From assembly GCF_964355755.1 (NCBI RefSeq), contig NC_092673.1, positions 31,307,648 through 31,371,647 on the forward strand: a stretch of 64,000 bases of DNA, given 5' to 3'. The notes under the pieces are model-generated. The model ran no database searches and was not told the DNA's origin. It saw only the letters and a program-made list of their open reading frames with translations. Numbering within the stretch: position 1 is the first letter of the stretch; each line of letters begins with the position of its first letter. A program made the position numbers and the translations under genes. This document shows, piece after piece, positions 12,440 to 24,504 of the stretch. The stretch comes from Antedon mediterranea (taxonomy: Eukaryota > Animalia > Echinodermata).

Positions 12440-13145
12440 GACCTGTTCTACCACACCATTTACATTTGGTATTTTGGCCACTATCGGCACTACTGCTATG
12501 ATGACTAGGCTTACTACTACTAGCATTTCTATTTGCACTATGTTTACTGTATTTAGACTTATTTTTATAATTGACAACGTCCACTGGTTTCTCAGAACCA
12601 ATTTCTTTCATGTGAACTTTAGCGGCTTCAGCGCCCCGCCCCATTGAGATTGCTTTCGTCAATGTCAAATCGTTTTCACGTAACAGATTTGCTTTCAGAC
12701 CATTGTCTATCGTTCCGTTTACAATTCTGTCACAAGTTAGTGCGTCCTTTAACTCTCCAAAATCGCATGAATCAGACAATAGTTTTAATTCAGTCACGAA
12801 TGAATCAAATGTTTCTCCCTCCTTTTGCACTTTGGAGTTAAAAATGTATCTCTCATAAATGACATTTGTTTTGGGTACAAAATATTCCTCTAATTTCTCT
12901 AACACAGTATCTGTTGTTAAAGTGGTCTCGTCTAATTTGAAAGTCATGTAGATTTTGTAGCACTCTCTTTCCATGGTGCTCAGTAATGAGGCAATGCGGA
13001 TTTTTGCATCTTTGGCCCTCAGACCTGTAGCTATTTCGTAGTTGAGCCACTGGCTTTTCAAAAATTTCCAGTTTTCCCGTACATCTTTAATCGCGGTACC
13101 AACGTCCATGGGCGACGGTATCGGAAAGTTAAGTGAAGTAGCCAT
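12440..13145 (-). pseudogene. Gypsy gag, truncated after the start of the zinc knuckle
   Basis: MATSLNFPIPSPM..ENWKFLKSQWLNYEIATGL..NVIYERYIFNSKVQKEGETFDSFVTELK..CDFGEL..DRIVNG..CKWCGRTGH, typical of invertebrate Ty3/Gypsy gag. Confidence 0.85.
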
Positions 13146-13219
13146 GTCTACTACTGTTTTGTCTACTACTAGTCTATTTAGGCGTATGTACGTATGTTGT
13201 AGGCCTATGTATGTACTCA

Positions 13220-13990
13220 CAGTTCGGGTGTCTCGAAAACAGAGACCTCGAAAACAGAGACCCGAGACCCAGGGTCTCTGAAAAAATCTCGAAAACAGAG
13301 ACCCTCCTATAGAACGTAATATTGACTTAATATTGAGACGTTTTAGTGGGGGTCTCTGTTTTCGAGAAAAACTCAAAAACAGAGACCCCCACTAAAACGA
13401 GGCTTCATTTATCATTTCCAAACATGCGAGGTATATGCGGCGAATAAACGGTAACTGATATGCCAATCAAAGAACATGCCGCAACGATAAGAAGAGATTG
13501 ATGAGTTCTTGAACGCGTGTGAAAATACTGTCATTTTGGAATACAGGGTCGACGTCCTAGAAGTAAGATGTATAAATGCATGCTGTGCCTTTTGGAAGCT
13601 AAAAAGCGGGAGCTTATTTAAAAAGCTGACACTAGTTTCATAACATTTATTTACAAGCATAAAAGATAATAACGTACAATACAATAACAAAATGATATGA
13701 GGTCAGACTTTGAGGCAGACTGGAGGATGAAGACAAATATATTGTGTCGGGCGAGCCTTAAAAAAGAAATGAATTTTTAAAAAATAAATAAATTGATAAA
13801 TAAATAAACATAAATTCACGGTTTTTGCGATAAAAGTTGGGTTTTAATAATTTATGACCAAGCTCGTTGGTGGGTATTTGCAACACTCTTAATAAACAGG
13901 GATTATATTAGGGGGTCTCGGGAAATCTTGAAAAAAGAGACCCCCAATATAATGAGACGTTTTTGTGGGGGTCTCTGTTTGAGTTTTTCC
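13220..13990. repeat. Unclassified repeat rich in direct and inverted AACAGAGACCC/GGGTCTCTGTT motifs
   Basis: Motif clusters at 13229-13400 and 13903-13990 can form several hairpins; the segment replaces the Gypsy 5' end. Confidence 0.5.
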
Positions 13991-13994
13991 AGTA

Positions 13995-15178
13995 TCTATA
14001 TTATAAGTGAGAGAGTTTGTCTGTCTGTCTGTCTGTTTGTTCGTTATACAAATTTTTGTTACTGCACGTAACCTTACATATTGAGCATCAATTGTCTGTC
14101 TGTCTGTCTGTTTGTTCGTTATACAAATTTTTGTTACTGCACGTAACCTTACATATTGAGCATCAATTGTCTGTCTGTCTGTCTGTTTGTTCGTTATACA
14201 AATTTTTGTTACTGCACGTAACCTTACATATTGAGCATCAAAATGACCGCAATTTTACCAGGAAGGTTCTAAACTACATTTGAACATCATCCGCCATCTA
14301 GGATCCAAGTTAGGAGCCAAAATGGCCCACTTTTCCCCACTTTCGATGTTTGTTCGTTATACAAGCTTCTGTTTCTGCACGTAACCATACATATGGGGTA
14401 TCAAAATGATCACAATTGTACCGGGAAGGTTTTAAACTAATTACTACATTTCAAAAAGGTGGGAAAGAGGGGTTGGGAGATAGGGTGTAAAAGTTGGGGT
14501 TCAGGGGATAGTGGGGATTTTCCATAGGCTAGGTGTAGTAGGTTATCAAATTGACCAGAATTGTGGTAGGAAATTGTTTAAGTATTTTAATTATCCCTGG
14601 GAAGGGGATGAGAGTTTGGGGTGGGGAAGTAGGCCTATCACCATGACTGAAACTGTACTGGGAATGTACTACATTTTAAAACTGCCACTGAGGGATTATG
14701 GGTTGGGAGTGATGGCTAACATAATTTGTCTGGAATCGTCTTAAACACATCACCCAGTATCTGGGGTGTGTTGGGAGGAAGGAGGGGGAGCGGAAATACT
14801 GGCGTAATGAAGTATATGATTGGAATTGTACTAGGAAAAGTTACTAAATTTGAACTGTCCAGGGGTAGAGTTGTTAAGGTTTGTTAATTGTGGCTGGGAT
14901 GGTGAGAGGTGAGAGGAGAAAGAAGGCTGGGAGCCCGCAGATCAAAATTAGCTAATATGACACCTATTCATTTACAAAGTTTACAACGTACTTAAACCAT
15001 AGGCCTATCGTAGCTATGTATATACTCATTTGAAGTTGAATTTGTCCTGGGAAGAGTTTGTTTTCAAAAAATAGTGTGGGGTGTGGAAAGTATAGGGACA
15101 TACTGGCGTTGGGTGTTATATACTGAGAAGGCTTTAAACTAATTTTGAAACCCACCCTGGAGCGGGTATAACTGCTAG
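13995..15178 (+). mobile_element. Non-autonomous Helitron
   Basis: 5' A|TCTATATTATAAG followed by a (GTCT)n microsatellite; 3' GC-rich imperfect hairpin (ACCCACCCTGGAGCGGGT) then CTAG|T. Inserted between A and T with no TSD. Confidence 0.75.
14017..14241. repeat. 75-bp tandem repeat, 3 copies, inside the Helitron
   Basis: Three identical units TTGTCTGTCTGTCTGTCTGTTTGTTCGTTATACAAATTTTTG...GAGCATCAA, plus a diverged fourth near 14347. Confidence 0.9.
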
Positions 15179-15762
15179 TAAAGAATAATAATAATTGACA
15201 GTGACCAATCTATGTATATGAGTTGGATGGTGAGAATATTTCTCTTTGGAAATTGAAAAAAGGTAAGTGTGTTAACACACTTTACTTTCTTTCAATTTCC
15301 ATCTTAAATCATTGATGAATGCTAGGCCAGGAAGCGAGGCTATTAAAAAAGAGTGCTCCAACTTTAGATGCATCTATAGATGGCGTGAACGTGATCAGTT
15401 AACGTCATGTGGCATTGGCAACAATTCTCAAGAAGTTTACAGAAAGCTGAATGTGCATTAGGGCACATTAATTATCACCATTCTATGATAGCTACCTACT
15501 TCCTAAATATAACTTAACCTATACAAAATATCTCTTTAATTATATAAAAAAAAAAAATTTTAATGGGGTTGCCCAGCCTGTTCAAGCTATGTCCATGTTT
15601 ATAATATAATATCTCCCCTATAGTAAAATGTCATAATTATGCCATAATTATCAAGATTTCTGGCAGAATTAAAAATATACTATCACTGTATCAGTATCAG
15701 TTAACCTTCCTGCCTTAATATATGGTTATATACTTTGCATGTATAACAAAAGCGCACTCTAA

Positions 15763-16327
15763 TACCCCTTTCACACCAAAACTCTGGAGTGTCTCCAGAG
15801 ACACCCCGGGGTTTATGATCATTCAAAACGTCGAGAAACTCCGGAGATACCTCTTTCACACCAACCTAGCAACTCCGGGGTTTATAAAATAAAATTGTAA
15901 ATGTCGCCCTCTATTTTGTTTTTTTACATAGCGACGATCATTAGAATCATTTTAATTAATAATATGTTTAATTTAATAATTACTTTCAAAAGTCTCAGAA
16001 GTAATATAATGTTTTATTGATACTACTTATTATTTTTGAACCCGCTATATATGTTGTACAAATATTTAAAGTATTTTGAAATAAAACTAAAGCAATGAGT
16101 GATCGTGTGAGGATGACCTTTTGACCCGAAACACTCCGGAGTTTGATGTTGGTACCTTTCACACCAAAACAGCGGGGTGTCCCCGCAGTTCGCTCTCCGG
16201 AGAATGTCCGGAGCTGTTCAACCCCGCAGTTTTAAACTCCGGAGTTGCTTGATTTTACCTTTCACACCAAACAGCGGGACGTCAACTCCGGGGTGTCTCC
16301 GGAGTTTTGCTTTTGGTGTGAGGGGTA
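15763..16327. mobile_element. PIF/Harbinger-like MITE
   Basis: TIRs TACCCCTTTCACACCAAAA / TTTTGGTGTGAGGGGTA, TAA duplicated at 15760-15762 and 16328-16330, and internal CTCCGGAG subrepeats. Confidence 0.8.
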
Positions 16328-18420
16328 TAATAAAAGTACTTTGAAAAATTATAAAAAAAAAATAAATTGTATCAAGAATAAAATTTGGAACTATTTTATA
16401 GCCATTGATTTTGTTATAAACTATCCCTTCACTTTAAAATATCTGTAAGCTAAAAAATGAAAGCAATACTGGATATGGAACTTTACTTTCTATACTATTG
16501 TGGGTGTTTTTTGTGGTGTATTCATTATTTGATACATATAGATAATATAAAAAAGTGGGGCATAATTCGAATGAAAAACACATTGCTGAGGAAGCACGAA
16601 TTGTTAAGTTATGTTCAACAATGTATCAAACCATTTGGAATCGTTTTGTTTGTGTGTGTACCTATTGGCTACTTTGTAATTAAAGTGTGGTCTAGCAATA
16701 ACCTGTGCTCCGCACGATCTTGTCTACCTTAAAAATAATTTGCATGGGATAATTAGGCTAAGTATTATAAAAGCGCAATACTGGATTGGATATTGGACTT
16801 TGTGCTGTGTGAATATTAATCTAGGGTGCACATCAGAAAGTGACGTCTGTTAATCAGTCGTTAGATTAAAACATTTTAATGATAAAATATAAATATAAAT
16901 TAAGTTATAGAATTAAGATGTGAGCATTGGAATAATAAAACGGACTTTAAAATCAACACAAAAAGTCGAAATTAGATGATGCGCCCGGACACAAACTTTT
17001 ATATCTGATATTTTGTGGAAACACAACTTCGGAATCAATTTAGTTGTGTGTGTGCATGTGCTTTTTTGTTGTTTTTTTTTTTTCATTTACATTTTTTTTA
17101 TTTTTAATGGTTTTTTATATTTTGCAATTTTTTTGCTTGAGGTTTGGTATCTTTTTTGCTACTCTTTGTAATTACATTGTGGTTTAGATTTTTTGCTTTA
17201 AGCGGAGATACTTATTATTTACACTATCGTGGATTCAAACTCAAACCTACTAAGCCTTAATTTCAATGGCCACAGCATTTTACTCACAGGGCCAAACCGT
17301 GATTTACAAAATACTTTCTGTTCATAGGATAGGTGAAATTAATTAAAACTTCAACGACGCGATCAGTCGATACGGTTGGGCGGCTGTCGAGACTAAATGC
17401 CGTTTTAAAATCGGGCCATTGCGGTACACAACAAAGAAGGTTGTGTAGTTGATACGTGACGTGACAACTCGCAAAACATGGCCAAATTACTGCTATTTTT
17501 TGCCTTTTTTAGTGTTTATCCTTAAAATTCAGGAAAGTGACATAGCCTGTCGTGTCCGGCCCATCAATAAACTTCAGTGTGCCAAATGTGAGCACGTACC
17601 GTTCAGTGGTTTTGGAGAAGATACGTAAAATACGAGTAATTTGTTTACATCGTTAAAATGGCAATGTTTTAGGCCCTAGCAACTCAGATTTTCATGTTTT
17701 TTTTTTCTTTATTGGATTGTTATCCAACAGTTTCTCTGAGAATCATTGCCGAATCGTCCCGCTACCATTAAAAAAGGCAGGCAGTGCTTTGGATGCCGAG
17801 TAGAACAGATATAGACAGCACGCAAAAACCTTGCATAAATTCTCAAAAAGCTGAACAAACATTTTCGTTCAATGGTAAACTAATAGTAGTAATACCAAAC
17901 GCTTGTGATATGTAATTAACCAATCAACTTGCATGAATACAATCAGGTGTGTCAGTAATTCAATACTGTGTGTTTGTACTGTGTGTTCAAATGCAATCAT
18001 TTGCATCACCAACCGCCATCACAATAAAGAGGCTGGACCAAACCAAAATGGTAGATTCACAATATTTTAAGACATGAAATTTCATTACCAAAATACAAAT
18101 AAAAAAATTTTATAATTGGTGTTTAGTAGAGTAAATAAAAAAATCATGGAGTTCTGAAAAAATGTGGTTTTAAAACTAATGAGTGATAAACACCCCTCTG
18201 GGCCTGATATGGTACAATCCATTATTGATAAAATATGTCAGTAACAAACACCTCTTTTATAGGCTACAAAACAGACAATACAAAGTTTTTGACTGTAAAG
18301 TATGGTTTAATAAGCATGACCACTAACTAAATGCACTGTATTGTGGCAAAAATGCTTCAAGAGCACATTAGCAGTACTTGAACACTTCCTGCTACAGATA
18401 TTTACAAAATCCTTGCTGCT

Positions 18421-21400
18421 ATGTTTAATAGAATTAAAAGAACATCTTATGATCAGAATCCTCCGCAACATAAATTTTCAAGATGTAGGCACACTGATCG
18501 ACAATATTACAGAACATTGGTAAGTTTTTATCCACACCTATAGAATAGACACAGTAAAAATGATTACCATGATCATTTTAATAATGTAAAATACCATAAT
18601 GTATTTACTTATTTTTATGTACATCTTAATTTGATGTAATTTTGATATATTTTTATCTTTTGGTAATTTTGAATAAATTGAATCGAAATTGAATAAAAAT
18701 AATGGCATCACAGCGCTGGGCCACTTCTCTATTTATTCTAAAAATATTTTAATCTACTTCTTTAAAGTTGGTCACAATTTGACATAGATACAACTTTTTC
18801 ACTCTTTCTTGATTTGTAATTGGTAACCATGTGAACAAAAGTAATAATAATTAAAGCTTCTGTGATGCACCCACTTTGTGCGATATCAACGGGACAATCA
18901 TAGTGATTCTGCCAAAAAAAGAAACGCACTTCAGCAACAAGACAATGACAGACTGTACAAGCAAGTGTACAATGTTTGTAAATTACCACTATTTATTAGA
19001 TAGTCCTACAAAACTAGGCACCGTCTACGAGAGGACATTTGGCGCAAGCTATTTTTTTTACTTTTATCATAACATAGAATGTACATTTAAGACAAAGAAT
19101 GACCTGGTTTAATGTTTTTAAAGTAATACAGTATATTCATTATTTTCACAAAACGTAAAAAACCTACCTACCTATGACTATAGTTTAGCATATTTTGACT
19201 CGGCAATAATTATTAATATTTAAATTGCAAGTTATTATATCCCTCGGATTTTGTGAAAAGTTGATACTTGATTAATGGGAAAACATTCTAGTTTTATGCT
19301 TTTTTATGCTTAATTAAATATAACAAACAATTGATTTTACAATGTACGCCTGGAGCTAAATTTGTTCTCAATTGTTATATAGTCATGTGACGTTATGTCA
19401 TAACAATAGAGGGCGTAGAGAAATGGAAAACGCCATATTTCGCCAAATAGGGTTCTATATTTAGCTTTTATATTAAATAGAACCACAAAATGTTTTTAGA
19501 CAAATAATGTTCAGAATTTGCAATTGATTGTTTCTTTGGTGCTTTTTTTCTTAGTCGATTGTAGTAAGATTAAGCCACTGCTACTGTTAGGCCTTTCCAT
19601 CTATCGCAGACTAGCCTATCGTAACAGACCTACAGGGGTTTCCTATTATCAATGACGTGTTAATAGAAACCATAAGTACGGTTTACGGTTAAGAAAACTT
19701 GCCACAAGATGAGGTTAGCTGATGTATTATAATATCAATTTTGTTTTTAATAATCACTAGGATAACAATGTTGATAAAATCATTGTTGGAATTCATCAAC
19801 TGAATTTCTATTGATAATGAAATTGGAAATTGTAAAGAGGACAGGCCTTAGGCTGACTATCGCAAGCTAGCCTGTTAACAGGGCTAGAGGGTATTCCATT
19901 TAAACCCTTTCATGACACCATTTTGTTTATATTAGGTCACCGAAACTGCTACAAAATTATAAATTGCTGTATTATATTAGCTTTATCTAATAATGAATAG
20001 GGTAATAACAATTGGTAAATTAAATAATGTTCGAATTCTCCATTGAATTTCTTTTGATAAATGAAATTCTAAAGACGATCATCAGGCCTAGGGCTAGATA
20101 AAACCAGAGTGTATAGTACTGTAGGCCTACGTTAGAGCACTGAAAGCCTGATTTTAAATCAAATAAAATAAATGTGTGCATTTTAATACGACACAAGCAA
20201 TGACAGGTCTCATACACATGACTCTCACTAAGCTACAGTCCCATAGCTTTACACCATATCTTTTCTGTATTGTCAGAGAGTTGCCTGTAAGTAAGGTAGG
20301 CCTAATTATTAGTATTTTTATGTCATTACAGTGTATCTGATGAGCAAGATAATGCAAGAGGTCAGGATACACTAACGGGTAAGTGGGAATTCCAGAAATT
20401 ACTACGTTTCCAAAGTAATGGTCAAATAAGCACTGCACTGTTGAAAAATTGCAATAATTATCTGACCATTCTTATTTGTAGTGTTATTTGAAAGTTGTAG
20501 TTAATTATTTAATGTATTCAAATAAAAGCAATTCAATGTCAACTTTACTTACCTACACCCTCTCCAAATCTGTGTGTTTTCTATACTTTTAGACAACAAA
20601 ACCTGCCAACTGGGTGAACGCAAAATAAACACATCTCTGGAAACTTTGAACAATCTTGGAATTACGAATGCAAAAGAGTTAGTCAGGGTTACTTTTGGTG
20701 TATGTATTGCATTTTATTTAAATTGAATTAGGTATTTTTTTATTTAATAAATAATACAAAGTGTACAGTACTAATGTAACCATTGCACTTCTTGCATTAC
20801 CCCAGGTCCCCTTTCATATCACCTACTGTAGCAAAATTCTGAAATTTTACTGTGTTTTATATAAAGTGTAATCCAGCGGTGTGTGTAAATTGATGCATAT
20901 GATGTGTGTCGCAGTGTATGTAAACTTTCCGCTAGACGATGAAAAAGGGGTACATTATACTTACACTTACAGTAGGTCATAATAGCATGGCTTGATATGA
21001 AATACTCTGTACTATGAAACCTCAATAGGCCACTGTTGGTAGACAATGACATTATGAACTAAGGTAAGTTGCTTAGCATATGGTATAGAAATCCCGTATT
21101 AATAGCTGTAATAAAAATAAATAACTATTAAATAAATGGTAATGTAGTTCCTTTTCTGATTTTTTTTAGCTTGGTGAAACAGAATATTGGAAGATTGTTG
21201 ACAAGAATAATATCAATATTGACCCAGAGACGAATGTTGAAAACAAGCCTTACTTTAAAGTCGTCCCAAAAAGTAAGTAAAGAAACGCATCTAAAGAGTA
21301 GAGGCCGCATAACATATAAATTGTGCAGTAGAAAATTACAAAAGAAACAATGCTTCTTTCAAGAAAATGAATTGAAGTCATTTAACAATAGCTCACTGAG

Positions 21401-21799
21401 TTTACTGTACCTGCCCATACCCTTTTGCTAGCCGAACTAACTTTCCAATAAGGTTTATTGCAAATACATCGATTTCGCGAGAAACGTCATTGCAGAATGC
21501 ATGATGGGAAGGGTTTGGCAAGCGTACAATACAAACTTTATATACTGGTGGTGGAGCTATTGCTCCCAAACCCTTCCCATTATGCATCGCTTACGCAATT
21601 TACGATAAACCCAATTGATGGTTAGTACTACTGTGGATTTCACAAGCCAAAAAAAGATCATGACCGTCTAGTCTAATTGTTTTATATTCAGGGCTATTTA
21701 TTGACATACCTTTTTTTTTTTTTTTTTCCAGGTAATTCTATGCAATTTTCAGCTAATAGAGGGCTTCCATCAGACATAGAACACATCACCTCAATGTGA
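18421..21799 (+). CDS. Small spliced gene (about 128 aa) with a putative ubiquitin-like domain; divergent paralog of the 2413-4374 gene
   Basis: Exons 18398-18519 (ATG at 18421), 20277-20286, 20593-20699, 21170-21272 and 21732-21799, all AG/GT-bounded and phase-compatible: MFNRIKRTSYDQNPPQHKFSRCRHTDRQYYRTLRVAYNKTCQLGERKINTSLETLNNLGITNAKELVRVTFGLGETEYWKIVDKNNINIDPETNVENKPYFKVVPKSNSMQFSANRGLPSDIEHITSM*. The start codon is tentative. Confidence 0.55.
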
Positions 21800-21905
21800 C
21801 CACCATTTACAGTGCCTACAACCTGCAACAACTAACATGACAACCAACAACCTGTCAGTGGCAGATCCAGGATTTTGATAGGGGGTGGTGGGGGTTGTCC
21901 AGGGT

Positions 21906-22231
21906 GCGATTTTTATTTCGTACATAAGTTGGGGACCTCTTTGTGAAGGACAGCTGAACTTCTTCCTAAATATCACTAAACCTAACCCTCTAAATAATCT
22001 CTCTCATTATAAAGTAAAAGAAGTTGCTTATGGGACTCGAAATCCATACATTGACATGTAAAGTCCATAGCCTAATCCACTCGACTACACAGACGGCTAG
22101 ACAGAAAGCATTTGCATTAGTGAATTGTTGTTAGATCAATTCTTACGTCACACCTTGACTAATGAATATTCATGTTTATTTTTTGACATTTCATGAGGGG
22201 TCCCGAACTTATGTACGAAAAGAAATATCGC
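21906..22231. mobile_element. MULE-like MITE (GCGATTTT..GTACATAAGTT family) carrying a degenerate tRNA-like segment
   Basis: TIRs GCGATTTTTATTTCGTACATAAGTT / AACTTATGTACGAAAAGAAATATCGC and a 9-bp TSD GTCCAGGGT/ATCCAGGGT (8/9 match). TIRs are related to those of 25308-26193. Confidence 0.75.
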
Positions 22232-22652
22232 ATCCAGGGTCTAAGAATTAAAGTGCTTAATTTAAAAACTAATGTCCTATCATTTGAATTGCAATTTTTA
22301 AAATACGTGCCTTACTATAAGATATCGTTAGATTCCTCAACTTTGTTTTGGCCTTCTATGACTAGTATGAGAGTATAATTTGTTTAGAGTGCCTAATAAC
22401 GATACACCGAACACCTTACAAAAATTGTAAATCTTGTTTCTCAAATAATCCATTGGTTTTGATTAAGTTAGACATTTTATAAAGATTTGGCAAATATTCA
22501 GTTAGGATCAAACATAAACATGTTTGCTTTTCTTTCCTTGTATGGGAGGAGGAGGTGTGGTTGTTAAGTAACAGTAAAATGTCTCGGGCCATTGCACTCT
22601 TAAACACATTCAGATGGTGCTATAGGGGTACATGTACATAGTTATTGTACTA

Positions 22653-23160
22653 CAGTAGAACCTGTGTTTTACGTACCCTGATTTTACGTTCCCTCGATTT
22701 TACGTACGCTTAAAATAACCGATGACGTCATCATTTTCTTACATTGAGGGCGCAATTTAACAACAACAAAGCACACAAAGCCACAATCATGGCTGTGTGA
22801 GTAATTCTGCTGTTTGTGGGACAAGCTACGCACGTGCATTCCCCCTAAAGCAGCGACTGTTTTTATTGATAGAAAACAATTATATTTTACACTTTATTTA
22901 AACATCGTACAGCCTGTATATACTGTACTTTTCTAGTTAGGTCTCACATCTTGCTAGGCCTGCTAGCCTGGCCTGAATAGTCTAGGCAAGGCCTAGGTCT
23001 AGCTAGTGACCACCTGCATACTGTACAGAAGTAGGCAAACACGGCTAGCTACGATCTCTACGTATTTGGGGTCAATTTAAGGTCAACATTGATTTTACGA
23101 ATCCCTTGTTTTACGTACGCCTTTCGGTCCCGTACCGTACGTAAAATGGAGGTTCTACTG
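22653..23160. mobile_element. Tc1/mariner (pogo/Tigger-like) MITE
   Basis: TA|CAGTAGAACCT...TTTTACGTAC and GTACGTAAAATGGAGGTTCTACTG|TA; TA TSD. Confidence 0.85.
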
Positions 23161-23229
23161 TATCTTGGTGTAAAGAAGTTTACCAATTATAAAAAGTGTG
23201 CCATAAATAGGAGCATTAATTGGTGTTAA

Positions 23230-23648
23230 AGAACAACTTGACCGAGGACCATATTTTAACAACGTATTAGGGATGTACATATAATTTCAGAACAATCCCG
23301 AAATTAAGGACTATCGCTGCACGCGCTCGCCGTACAGCTGTCACTGTAAATTGCTGTGACGTCACAGGTGCATCTAAAAATTTACGTAACGAGTTTTCTG
23401 GCAAATCGCAAACATTTCTAGTAACCAAACTTTGTAAATAAATCCTAAAAAATATAAATGTTGACTTTTTTATTGTTTCTTTTGCTTATCTAGACTCATT
23501 AAGTAGATTTTGAGATGCACCTGTGAAGTCACAGCAATTTACAGCGACGGCTGTACGGCGAGCGCGTGCGGTGATATCCTTAATCTCGCGATTGTTCTGA
23601 AATCATATGTATACGTTGTAAAAATATGGTCTTCGGTCAGGTTGTCCT
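23230..23648. mobile_element. Long-palindrome MITE with TTAA TSD (Kolobok-like)
   Basis: About 150-bp inverted arms (AGAACAACTTGACCGAGGACCATATT / AATATGGTCTTCGGTCAGGTTGTCCT) flanked by TTAA; purine-purine 5' ends. Confidence 0.75.
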
Positions 23649-24504
23649 TTAAGTGAGTGATCACACTCTCACCCCTCAAACGACAAGGCCTGATCTCCGA
23701 TTAACATGTATAGTAAAGAAGTACAGTACAGATAAGTTTAATAATTCTTCAGACTTAAAATTCATTTTTTATGCAAATTTATTACAGTAACAAACAATTT
23801 TTTATTTCAAAGTTTTTTTTATGTTGATGTATTGTACAGGATGTTATCGTTAAATAAAGTTTAAATTAATAAAGGGAATTACAAACCTTCGCTAATTATA
23901 TTATCACAATTTAAATGTTTGCATTTATCTGCATTAATAAAGTAAAATTATTTATACAATATTATATTTGCAAATTAATCTCAAATCCAGTATGCTGCTA
24001 GTTAGTACAGTTAGGTAGACATGCAGACAGGCAGGTATTTTATCAAATATTAAAAATAATTTAGCTCTAGGCCTAGGCTAGGCCTCTATTAATATTAGTT
24101 ATTATTACAGTTTACGATTTTAATGCTACAGAAACAGAAACAGTCATGAATACAAAAATAACATAGCGTTTTCAAGGGATTTATTTCAGGACACCATGTT
24201 AATTAAAATAATCGTACTGTATGAGAAAACAAATTAGGGTTAGGTATAGGCTAAGCCTACTGTAAATGTTCTTAAAAGATTGGCCTACAATTTACATTGA
24301 AAAAAATGTGAATTCATTATCAATCATCACAAATTATAAACACGAATTAGGCTACTACAAAGGCCTACTTAAACTGCAATTTACTGTGTATATGCCTAGC
24401 TAGGCTAGTAGAGGCCTATACTACAGTATTATAGCCTAGCCTAGGACAAGACAGGGGGCATTCCTAACCAATTACTAGGCTACCTGTAGGCCTAACCTAA
24501 CTAC

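Larger units (their letters stand above)
7132..13150 (-). mobile_element. Fragmented Ty3/Gypsy LTR retrotransposon
   Basis: Minus-strand order gag (12440-13145), RT N-half (11646-12048), integrase (about 7530-8745), PPT and 3' LTR. Protease, RT C-half/RNase H and the 5' LTR are missing; foreign inserts lie at 8750-11645 and 12050-12435. Confidence 0.9.

Noticed and set aside
8358-13281. Plus-strand ORFs over the retroelement nest
   Set aside because: Antisense shadows of the gag, RT and integrase frames.
13146-13376. N-terminal extension of gag ORF 12399-13376
   Set aside because: It runs through the unrelated AGAGACCC repeat; gag similarity begins at the ATG at 13145.
14017-14241. CRISPR-like array or repetitive 88-aa ORF
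   Set aside because: Identical head-to-tail 75-bp units with no spacers, inside a Helitron in eukaryotic DNA.
22416-22607. 63-aa minus-strand ORF as an exon of a further gene
   Set aside because: No recognisable motif and no partner exons found.
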